A stretch of 39,664 nt of DNA from Sphaeroforma arctica JP610. Lineage: Eukaryota. Shown here one piece after another: positions 24,689-35,810 of the stretch. The stretch is taken from contig NW_014040444.1 of NCBI RefSeq assembly GCF_001186125.1, forward strand, positions 112,646-152,309, read 5' to 3'. The notes under the pieces are model-generated. The model was given only the letters and a program-made list of their open reading frames with translations. It was not told the DNA's origin and ran no database searches. The translations under genes and the position numbers were made by a program. Every line of letters begins with the position of its first letter. Within the stretch, counting starts at the first letter, position 1.

Positions 24689-26093
24689 TTGCAGTTTGCC
24701 GAGAAAACAACAGACGACATCAATCCCAACTATCAGGATCATCTCTGGTCGCCTGTAAACGGATTCGTAGACGCAATCAACGAGCAAAAAGACCACACGA
24801 TCACGGCGAGTAGCGACATATATGTTGATGAGTGTATGAGCCGCTGGTATGGCTTAGGAGGACAATGGTTAAATACTGGTCTTCCACACTACGTAGCCTT
24901 GGACAGAAAACTGGAAGCTGGTTGTGAGATATGGACTAACTGTTGTGGCCATGGTCAATTCCTCATAGAACTCGAGTTAGTGCAATCCACAGTAGCCAGT
25001 GCACGCGAGCACGAAGACGACCACCAACATGGCACCGCAACAACCTTACGACTCGTACAAAAATACTTTGGGACCGGACACGCAGTGTAAGGCTGCTGCA
25101 CTACGTGCAAAAGGCCCTCATTTCACAGGTGTTATGAAGACAGCTACTAAAATGTTTCCGATGAAGGTGTTGAGCAGGGAAGAGTTGTCTGGTTGTGAAG
25201 GGCACTGGTCATCGATGGTGACTACAGATAAAGATGACAACCAATACTCGGCTACAGTGTGGTCAAACAGAAATCGAAAATACTTCATCAACACGTATGG
25301 CACAACCAAAGAGGGCAGAACAATATCACGTAAAAGGGTACAGAACGATGGAAACAGTGTTATTTCAAAAGAAGTGCGCTGTCGACAACCTCAGCTAGTC
25401 AAACAGTATTTTTCCTTTAGTGATATTGTAGGTAGGCACAACAGATACCGTCAAGATACACTCAATATAGAAGAAAAAAACTAGATGTGAGAAGTTGGGA
25501 AAAAAAGAGTTGGTACAACACTGCTTGCAATGTGTATAGTAGATTCATGGCTCCTATACAAAGGTACACCCTCACCAGCAGAAAGGACTCCAGTGGACCA
25601 GCGAACGTATTGTCAGATACTTTTCAAAGAGCTCATGAACAATACATACGAAGCACGCGTCACACGCTCGATAACAGCTACTGTTGCGGTGCGACCAGAA
25701 GCGACTTTATCGGGTATTGGGACACACGCAAGCCTCATTGAGGAACTAAAACGTGAGAAGAGGAGGAATAAGGATGGGGTGGTTGTTTTCGGTCTACGAA
25801 CCGACCGAAAGAACTGCAAATATAAAGGCTGTGCGAGGAAGAAAGTTCGAATAGGAGACCAGTGCAGTATTTGTCACCAGGGTATACACAAGGAATGCTT
25901 CATAGCGCATATTTACGAGTCACATCCAGACGAACGAGGTTAAAGAAGACGTGTTCACAGATACGTGCACATGCGTGCAATACATTCAAGCTGATCAGCT
26001 GAAAAGTATAAGATATTTTTATAATAAACGTTTGATTCATATATATTTAGCCGTATATATACTCAATTTATTCATTTTACTCGAATTTTGCAG

Positions 26094-27856
26094 GCGTTCG
26101 CAAAGACTATACATCTGGTTCTTTGGAGGAACGTTAATGGAGTCTCCATGCGCTTGCAAGGCTCGTAGGATGTACAGGCGATGAACTGGACTGGCTTGCG
26201 TAGGTGGCGTTATTATGAAATATAAAAAGAAGACCGCAGAAAGAGTGCGCCAATCTAAGACTAGTCGCGGTTTAGATACCTTGCAAAATTTATATAATAT
26301 GAAACAGCATCAGATCGTAGTAGACAAAATGTACAAACATCAGATTCAGCTCGAAATACATGCATGCATACATTCGCCCACAAATTGCTCTACAGCGGAT
26401 TATCTGTTAGAAAATTCCAGAAGCGCGATTTCTGTTTGTTGCAGTATATAAAAGGTATGTGAGATTACATTTGCATACAATATTACATTTGCATACAATT
26501 GGTCAGTGTTGTTAATTTAACTACACATGATATTATGTAGGAGCACTACCATCTGTATGCAATCACAACTCATTTCTATCACAGGCGAATGATAGCATGA
26601 TACAGGAGTACGACTGCTTAGTAGCAGTGATCAATGAAAACAAAACTGATGGAACTGGGATACATGAGTTTGCATACTTGTATCACGATCAGAATGCGCT
26701 CATATGCGCATGGACAGCGTTGTCTATATTATTTTTTCGAGGAAATGAAGATTGACGGTCACAAAACTGATCCTGAAGATGACAGCTGGCAGGATGAGTA
26801 CATTATCCTTAGAGGACGCGCAAACAATAGAACGTACGATAAATTAGGACACACCAAAACGCGCGCATATGTGCATCTTTTAGTGCCTATACCAACATAT
26901 ATATCTTGTTCACTAACAATGCATACACACTTCACAGCCGATGAGCTCTTCTAGCCACGGTGGTGAAGCGAGTGCTACAAGACGTGGGTCATGCTGATCT
27001 CCTGAAGAACAAGAACACGCATGTATGCCGCGGCTTAGCACGTGTAGCAAAGTAAGTGATTTAGATTCTATAGGATACATATACACAACATTTCTATTCA
27101 CACTAACACCTGCATGAAATTTCATACCTTAATCATTCCGAAATGGGAGCCAGCGAAAGCGGCATCCGATCCCAAGGAAAGTGGGACTTGAATGTATTAT
27201 GAAGCATTATCTTGAAGACTTGGCGACAGACGCTATGACGGCGATGTCGGATGTTCACGTAACAAGGATGAGCACAATGTATTTATCCCGAACAGACAAT
27301 GAACGTGCCGACACGACTGATTCAAAGGAAAGATTCAAAGGTGTATTCAGCAGTGCAGAAACAAAGGGCGATAGAAAGTGGCGGAGCAATCGACGGCTAT
27401 CAGTTCGGACGTTTTCTAATATGGTTAAGAGAAACACTGGTCGAAGACTGCAGTGTATGGTCTGTAGTTTAGTTTAGTGTATGGTATGTAGTGCAGTGCA
27501 TATATGGTCTGTAGTGTAGTGTAGTGTATGTATGGTCTGTAGTGTAGTGTAGTGTAGTGTATGGTCTGTAGTGTAGTGTATGCATGGGCTGTAGTGTAGT
27601 GTAGTGTATTGACTGTAGTGTAGTTTAGGTGCATTATCCAAGTATGTAATCGGACATCTATTAACACCGTAGGCTTGTTACAGATATTGATAAGTACATA
27701 GCATAGTGACACACTCACTCACCTTGATTTCTTACGATTACAGATCTACGTATCTTCAAACCTGATATCTTTCAATCAGAGGATTGTAATCGATGGCGGG
27801 TGAAGCATACTGAGTATTCGAATAAACGACACCTCGATCTTCGCAGACACAATCAG
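26094..27856 (+). pseudogene. Crypton-type (Ndc10 domain II-like) tyrosine recombinase, intron-containing, degraded
   Basis: Motifs in the expected order across frameshifts and GT-AG introns: KTSRGLDTLQNLY; CLVAVINENKTDGTGIHEFAYLYHDQNALICAWTALS/YYFFEE...W; KNTHVCRG (HxxR, about 27017-27034); GASESGIRSQGKW...MKHYLEDLATDAMTAMS (candidate catalytic Tyr 27208-27210); YLSR; IFKPDIFQSED. Confidence 0.75.
27452..27625. repeat. (GTAGT)n / GTATGGTCT compound microsatellite, in a probable intron of the Crypton remnant
   Basis: Directly visible. Confidence 0.9.
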
Positions 27857-28977
27857 GTAATTGAATATAGTTATAATATAATATAACTTTGTGATTATTT
27901 ATTGACATAAATACACATGCCACTCAGCACTATTGATTTATTTAAATCACAACGGCAGCAAGTAGATACATGGTGATGCAGGAAATAGCAACGCCACAGG
28001 TTGTCACTGCTCTTAATAAGCTTCGTTCACTTCTTTCACGGCAAATGGAACTCTACATAGTTCCATTACGTCCGTGATTGATACTTCTTTGTTTAAGCCT
28101 TCTACTAAATTTGTAGTCTTGTGATCTCATCGATTTGCTGTTTGTATATTGTATATACATGCAACTATATCACATTGTACTTTATAAGCATTTTATATAT
28201 TATCATGTGCATATATTGTTATATACTATCGCTTAAACTGACTCAGCCAATCATTTCCTCAATAAATGATCGCGCAGGCTATCGAGTGTCGTCGGCTAGC
28301 AATATGTTTGTAGCGGGGTTGATACCTTTTTTTTGCCTGTTTGTTGCCTGTTTGTTTGTGGTAAGTACTCGTTCAATAACTGTATCTGAACGGTCTCCCT
28401 GAATGCGCAGGGAGACGTCGCGTCTTCATTAGATTAAATTATAGCTATTAGATTCTCCTAATGAGTCATGTGTTCGTCCCAAACGGATCGAATCAAAAAC
28501 CAGGTTTATCAAATCCTAAGAAAACCGTCATAAAACTAAGTTTACCCTGTATATGGGAATTCCGACTACAATCTCCCCAAGCTGAAGCACTACACACTGT
28601 TACTGTGACAGGTTGAAAAAAATAGGAAGAATATACCCATATATGGGTAGCTTGCTGGCATTTATCCTCTGAGAGCTAGAGGGACCTAAGTATACGGCTC
28701 GAGCGCACCGTTGTTCATGGTAAAGTGTATTTATGCATATCCCCGGAGTCGAAACTTAAGTTCAAAAGTCGTAAATTCTCGTTGGAAAGGCATTTATCGA
28801 AAAGAATACAAGTCAAGCAAACAGCAATCAGGGATCACAGCAATCAAGAGATAAGTATGGGTAAATTAAGTACAACAATTTACAAGGCAAGTATATATTT
28901 TTCTTTATTTTATTGTTGAAGTATTGTTCTATTGTTAAAGTGTTGTTCAGTCAAAGTTTAAATACATGGGCATTGTT

Positions 28978-29482
28978 AACGATGTGATGAACTTAAGTTC
29001 GGTACTTTTGACATCATGTTTTTTTTTCAAGCGGGGTGATAATGTTTTAATACTTGAGGCCAAAGTCAAAACCTTGGCAACGGATGCAAATCTATTAACT
29101 CTACCGCCCTGAGGGTACTTTTCTATCGTTTCTACCACATCCTGTGTGTCCTCTAAAAATTCACATTTGTATCATTTTGAGGTCCTTCGTCGCCCAAACC
29201 CATACCAATATAAAGTCTATTTATGCATGGTCAACGATGTGATGAACTTAAGTTCGGTACTTTTGGCATCAGAAAAAATATTGTTTTCAAGCGAGGTGAT
29301 AATGTTTTGATACTTGAGACCAAAGTCAAAACCTTGGCAACGGATGCAAATCTATTAACTCTACCGCCCTGAGGGTACTTTTCTATCGTTCCTACCACAT
29401 CCTGTGTGTCCTGTAAAAATTCACATTTGTATCATTTGAAGTCCTTCGTCGCCCAAACCCATACCAATATAAAGTCTATTTA
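28978..29482. repeat. Tandem duplication of an about 250-bp unit
   Basis: 28978-29223 and 29233-29482 are near-identical (AACGATGTGATGAACTTAAGTTCGG...CCCATACCAATATAAAGTCTATTTA). Confidence 0.92.
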
Positions 29483-30121
29483 CGGCCGATTTCAGTTTTT
29501 CATATTTTCGTTACTCTGGAATGTCTCAAAAACATTCTTCAACATGGGGTATTTCTCTGCGGTTTTCTTTCCTTTCTTCTATCATTCTTCTGAACCTCGT
29601 CTTCCTTTTCCTCCATTTGAATTGGGGTGACTTTCAAAATATTTATAGGGGTGGGGTCGATATTAATGGCTTTATTATTTTCTTACTTACTACAACAACC
29701 ACAGGGTCGGCATGATTACCACGGCATATGGACTCTCCATGAACGTCTCGGGAGCTTCCTTCTCCTTGAACAACAGACACCAATTGATTTCCATCCAGTA
29801 CTAGTCGATAGATTGATGTTCCCCATACTCCGTCTTGTCACTTTACTGAAGAACTATTTCCAGATTTCGGTCAATACCAAATCTTCGAGACTTCTGGTAC
29901 CACATATGATACTTCCCGCTATGGCTAGCCAGGATATCCCAAATACATCAGTTGTGAGGTGTGGTATCGGACAGCTCCCAACTTCGCTCCGAACCGGAAT
30001 TGCGGATGACAACCTCACCCTCCTTGGTAAATATCCCAGACCGATTCAGGTCATATTACCATTACAAGTGTGGGCCAGCTTTATTTCACGCAACGGCACA
30101 CAGGTTATAGTTCTCACCCAA

Positions 30122-30285
30122 GGGTAGAGGTATTCTGTATCCATCGCCGTGAACTAACGCACAGTATGCCTTCCATTGTTGCATCACTCGCCCCGAGCTT
30201 CTCGCGGCAGTTCGACAATCTCAACTTCCCTTTTGAAGCCTGATACATATTAAACTTTATCCAAATTGAAATAAATAATGTTATC
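30122..30285. repeat. Dispersed repeat, copy 2, with an internal deletion relative to 10313-10511
   Basis: Same-orientation match to copy 1. A stop-riddled intronless reading frame appears to continue on the minus strand to about 29690. Confidence 0.88.
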
Positions 30286-31405
30286 GCTATCCCTTTTTCG
30301 GCCAATCGAATATGTGTCTCACTCTTCTTCTTCAATTTTTCATCATACTGTCCCTCGAAACTTCGTTTTGGTCTCATATAGTTCTTGTGATTTTTCATTT
30401 CTTTTTGTCTCTGGCCTAATTTTTTGTGGGTCATTGTTAATTTGGGGACTGTCATTCTTTCTCTTCTTTTTATTATAGATGTGAGGTTTTTAAAAGAATT
30501 GAAAATCAGTATTGTTTAGATTAAATATCAACCACACGGTGGCGGCCGACCTTCTCTCTCTCTTCCTCTTCTGTTCCTTCTTCCTTTCCCGTCGTGCCTT
30601 TTGTTTCTCCGCCTGTCTCACCCCATAATGGTCTCCCAGTTCAGTTAATAATACTCTCTCGCATATAAAGCATTTCTCGTTCTCTTGTAGTATGTTTTCC
30701 AATCAGGATAGTTATTCGTAAAATTTATTTCAATTTCATTTTCAACTGTTTTATTTGATATCTCATCGTTTTATATTGAAATTATAAATTTTTATTCATG
30801 TTGAAGATATATAAAAGTAATTAAGGTTTATCCAGTGGTGATATGTATGAGCAAAATAAAACCTCATATTTATGAAATTATAGCCGACATTGTGTTTAAC
30901 GATACAATTATGGTCTTGTTGTTTACTATCTTCATTGTTCATAGTTATAATAAAATAAGAACCCTTTGTCCCGTATCTGTGGTGTTTGTTATTCACATTC
31001 GACCATAACATTGCACCCTATTAAATACCTTGTTATAAGTAAAAATGGTGTCCGATGAAGACATGCCGGATGAGATATTTTGTCGAGAGGGTGTAAAAGT
31101 GCCCGTTTAAAGGCGATAAGTTAGTAAGAAATTATCCATCGGGATTGAATTTATTGTTGTCGGGACTATATGACCGGTTGCAACTGTCCCCGTGTTTGTT
31201 ATACTATCACACTCAATCGCATGTGCCTCAACCAAATCGGTCGTTAATTCCGGGATCGATATATACCCGTTGCAGCAACACCATCCAGCCGACTACAAAA
31301 TTCCGTGAGAATAGTTGAAAGTGCTTCCGTCGGTGAGTAATTTTTTACAACATAGTCGTAAGCATCTACAAAACCCCGGTAGTTATAGAGACAAACTCTC
31401 CTTTA

Positions 31406-31963
31406 TCAAAGATCGGTAGGGATTTGATTTTTTTGAAAACCTCTAAAAACTCCCATACCAGCGCATACGTCTTCTTCGCGGTGCTTATCAACTCCAAACA
31501 TGATAGCTGTGGCTAGCGCTCTACAGTCCTGATAGGCCGTTTCATATAGCGCGTCCATCTCCATTTCACGCCTTGCCTCTTCTGTTTTTGTAGCGTCGAG
31601 GGAACTTTTAGCCTCCTTCACATTCTGTCGTATAGATTTTAAAGCCTCGTCGGCTTCTATATCGAATTCAAGCTGCTTTAACTTCTCCTCGGCGGAGTTG
31701 ACTGTATTATTGACACCTTCAAGGGTTTCCAGTTTCGTCCTTAAGTGTGAATTCAGATGTGAAAGTTCCCTAGTTGACGACATTGTATCTGGTATTCTGA
31801 TTGCTCGATCGGTAGGGGTTTTTTGTTGTTGTTGAAAACCCCTAAAGACTCCCATACCAGCGCATACGTCTTCTTCGCGGCGATTCTCAACTCCACCCAT
31901 GATAGCTGTGGCTAGCGTTCTACAGTCCTCATAGGCCGTTTCATATAACGCGTCCATCCCCAT
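31406..31963 (-). CDS. Intronless hypothetical protein (possibly a pseudogene): two copies of an about 55-aa repeat flanking a coiled coil
   Basis: The unit EEARREM.MDALYETAY.DCR.LATAIM.GV...REEDVCAGMGVFRGFQ...PTD is present twice (DNA about 31410-31582 and 31808-31982). Confidence 0.5.
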   Translation of the reverse strand: MGMDALYETAYEDCRTLATAIMGGVENRREEDVCAGMGVFRGFQQQQKTPTDRAIRIPDTMSSTRELSHLNSHLRTKLETLEGVNNTVNSAEEKLKQLEFDIEADEALKSIRQNVKEAKSSLDATKTEEARREMEMDALYETAYQDCRALATAIMFGVDKHREEDVCAGMGVFRGFQKNQIPTDL

Positions 31964-34435
31964 TTCACGCCTTGCCTCTTCTGATAGATATCTCTGAGAC
32001 CTCCTTGTCCCATCAATGGACCCATGCTTATCGAGTATTTCGGCCGTCTAACCGCAACAAATTGGCAACCAACTAAAACGAAAAGTAGCCAGATAAACCA
32101 ATTCTTAGTCGCCAATTAATACATCAAAAAATCGTAGCTAACTAAAACGAGGCACTATTAAACTACAACGCTATATGTGTACAATAAACCATTTATCTGT
32201 ATAGCTTTTTTTCAGCTTAAGGTGCTATTGAAAGCGCTTCAATTTTCCTGTCGTCTTCAATTTTTTTTATCAATTCAGAAAGCGGCGGCATGAGATAGGC
32301 GTTTCTTAGATAAAATTGATCTTGGCAAAGGTGGAATCTGGTAATATGATTCAAACAAAGCATTGGATTACCATATAATCCAGTCACACAACACGAATGT
32401 ACAAAGACATATTCTTGAACAAAGACATTATTTTCTTATCTTGGAACATTCTCACTCGAAGCAAAAATACTCTCGGATCGGCAAGAGGTAATTAAAACAT
32501 TAAAAGATATTAAAAACAACCATATACAGCGTCGGAAGCTGGCTTCTCATGAAATGGCAAAACTCCATAGACTGCCTAGTTAAATGAATCCGCTTTTTGA
32601 CTATAGTTAACGCACGCCCATGACCCATTTAGACATAAATACTATTTTGCAAGTCTATATAAATATGAATCGCGTGCCAAATTACAATAACAACACTCAG
32701 TAAAACTAGGGTACCCAGTATAATTTGATACACAGCGAGGTGAAGTTCAACGAGATATCGGAAGGGAGAAATTAAAATAACAGCCATTGATACACGTTTT
32801 TATACGCTTATCAATCAATGGGTCAGCAGCAAGCAAACGGATTTCAGCAGCACACATAATACGAAAGTTAAGTGTTCAACAATATATATTTAGTATTCGC
32901 ATAGTTTTCTGGCAGAATATGTCCATAGGTATTGTGATTGTGCATATGTACGATTAATTATTAAGTCGAATGGCCTATGATTGAACTTTAAGAGTTGCTC
33001 TATCGATCTGCAACAGATTTGTGTTTTTTTAAATATAACTTTATAAGAATTTGTCTGCGTTAAGCGAAAATACTTATTATATCAATATATATATATATCG
33101 GGTTCAAATTTGACTGTGCATTATGTTTTCCGAACTGTGATTGTTTTTCCTAAATTGCAGCGTCGTTATGCAATCAAACGGCTTTGAAATCATGGAAAGC
33201 AACTATATGTATATGTTTACAATATCAGTGTAGATTTCTGTAAAAGAAGGTGTCTGCGGGTATAACTTGGTTGAATATCAAATATGATCGATCGTCAACA
33301 AAACTGGTTTCACCAGTTTCACCTATTAGTCTACTGAAATACGCACTCATTCTCCGCACTCTTCAGCTACTACGTCTTTTATCACTAAAAAAGTTCTTTC
33401 TGGGAGTTCATGATGGTTTAGAATATCTTGCCTGATGCAAGTTTGGAAATTTACAGTAAGAAATTATATATATATATACAGAAAACCATCAAGTTTTCGT
33501 GTCCAATGGCTTCCACAATACATGCGATATCACGCGCTTTTACCCTCAACGACTGAAAAGTGTCAGAGTCCGAGTCTAAGATTCGCGTCCAACACCGCGA
33601 GGGCAAAGTCACCGCTGCTACTATCCGTAACTTCAGCAAGTTATAGAGATGATTGAAGGACCCAATCATCCTCCACGGCGACGCTAGTTTCACAGGTGAG
33701 ACCAAAGGGTTTTAGGGTTTTAGTCCGTGATAGCGTCTATCACGTGGACACGCCCATGAGACAAGTCTAGGTGTGTGCATCGTTGCTCGACGTGTATCGG
33801 ACGAAAGGGAAAGCAACTCCTGTTCCAGCGTGATAGGAACGTGTTCTTCAATATATTTCGCAACGCGGTCGAACAACGGCCCTGGGCCGGGTGGACGAGG
33901 GTATAGGCGCAACTATCGCACGCACAGGGTCATCTAGCCGGCACATACACGTAAACCAAGGGGTTTCCCGCGCCAACGGATGTCCCTGGAGCAGTTAGAC
34001 TCTCTGTTGTACAATGGAAACACAACAATACTCTGTAGCTGTCAAGTCAACAGTGAAATACTACTATACCAGGTTTCGACATATTTGATTATATGGGATG
34101 TGGCTGTAAGGCATATTATGGATAGGCCAAACATCAGCCTCCTTCAAAACAAAAAGCGCAAAACGATATGGACAGTCTACGAAATGGTCACTATTGCCGG
34201 CGGAGTAATTTACCATGATTAAAAGTGGATATCATGCTGTTTGGTAAGTGCACGGTCCATGCAATACTTTATGTATATGGTCGACCCCTTACAGTCCAGG
34301 CAAATTAGAACAAGCATCGCAAGAAGACCGTTACACCCGAAGATTCAATATGGAGTATACTTTAATTGATCCTAGTTTATAGATACCTGCACCACAACTA
34401 CAAGTCAGGTGCCGCTATAAATACCTGTACCACAA

Positions 34436-35810
34436 CTACAAGTCAGGTGCCGCCGTTGTATTGAACCTCTGGTTACCTTCACAGCTTCCTTCGTAGCCTT
34501 CAACTACATTCCGGACGCAAACGTGGTACGACAGACCGGGGAGAAGGCCACTTATCCGGCACTGCGTGTCAGTGACTCGGCACATTTCAATTGTATTCAC
34601 CACCTGTGTATAGGGCAACCGGACCGAACATTCAATACCGGACATAAATTTCCGTACAAGTTGCTCACCATGCATTGTCCCCAAACAATACAGATGGCAT
34701 ACAACTGACAAAGAGCTGGCAAAGAAAGAGGTATCGGGCAAGCACCGATAACTCAAACACATATATTATAAAAGGTGCAAGTGATGGTCATATTTTCCAG
34801 CTTCGATAACTAGCTCATACAAATATAGAGTATGTGAACTTTATTAAAGATCTGTAGCCATAAAATTAAGAGTCATGGGGTATTGTCGTATTGTAAACTT
34901 GTCATTTAAGGTGAATACCTGCAGCTTTGGATAAAAGCTGTACGTAGCTACGAAGTTTAGTTATTGACACACAAATTTGCAACCGTGTCAAAATCCCTTA
35001 CAAGTAACCGTAGATGACCTCCAGATGTAGTCATATATCCATAAACCACCAAGTGCCATATTATACAATACAATACACGAATTCACGCAGAAAGGTGTAG
35101 TATCAGCAGACTTTTGAAGTTTGCACATGCACCATACATGAAATTTACTGTCATTGAAATCACTATGACACTCACATAAGTCTATGTTGTCAATATAGAA
35201 CAATTTCTTACCACAGAATACACCGGGGCGATCGTATAGTTAGCAGCCGGCCACTCAACTAGCGCTCCATCGGTAGTTTCGTTCGAGATTGTTATATTGC
35301 CTACAAAATCCGGAGTTTTGGGCCTATAGCCCGTGTATGTGAAGGTTGACCCGAATCCCCATCTGGCGACTCCTTGGATGTATAATCCAGCCATGATGCT
35401 CTGGATTAAGACAATGAGGAGTAAAAATGTTCACTATGAATGTCTAAGGGTGTGTATGCATAAAGTACGTCACAACAACATGTGGCGCGGTTACTGTGTG
35501 CGGACCACCACATTAAGGAGAATGAATTATATTCTTGATTGATTATGTATATATATATACAACCACATAACCAAACATATGATTAAGGGCAACCGGCGAT
35601 GACGTTCTGAACAGGTGTAGTAGCATCATTTTCAATAACATGCTGGTAGTCATCTGTCGAGTACAATTCTTTGAAGAAGGTTTGCACACAAGTGACAATA
35701 TCTGTGAACCAGTATCTAGCGAAAAGCTGCCGTATATAAAGTAATCCGGTGCCATTTGCACATTTAATGTTATTACCATGCCAGCAGTGTCGGTCAAAAT
35801 TATGTGTAAA
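34436..35810 (-). pseudogene. Exons of a fibronectin type III-like extracellular protein gene, possibly disrupted; full extent unclear (perhaps 33.2-36.7 kb)
   Basis: PDFVGNITISNETTDGALVEWPAA (about 35210-35320) and CRISGLLPGLSYHVCVRNV...RFNTT (34450-34570) match the start and end of an FN3 domain. A stop follows APDL just before an apparent donor site. Confidence 0.45.

Larger units (their letters stand above)
12175..25943 (+). pseudogene. piggyBac-like (DDE_Tnp_1_7/PGBD) transposase, inactivated and split by an LTR retrotransposon at 13668-24688
   Basis: Motifs YFYAMFP, LTPGELLRCFG, RFDDIFQSL|QFAE (frame restored across the insertion), IYVDECMSRWYG, GLPHYVALDRK, HGTATTLRLV, VGRHNRYRQD, and a C-terminal Cys/His domain CKYKGC...CSICHQGIHKECFIAH. 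The second catalytic Asp region appears deleted at about 25085 and the third reads G. No TIR/TTAA pair was found. Confidence 0.85.

Noticed and set aside
13668..27856. A DIRS element formed by RT-RH-MT plus the nearby tyrosine recombinase
   Set aside because: The recombinase lies outside the LTR/TSD boundaries, on the opposite strand, has introns and is Crypton-like. The retroelement has its own DDE integrase.
29627..30127. 166-aa plus-strand ORF
   Set aside because: No recognisable motif. It is probably the antisense shadow of the decayed minus-strand frame.
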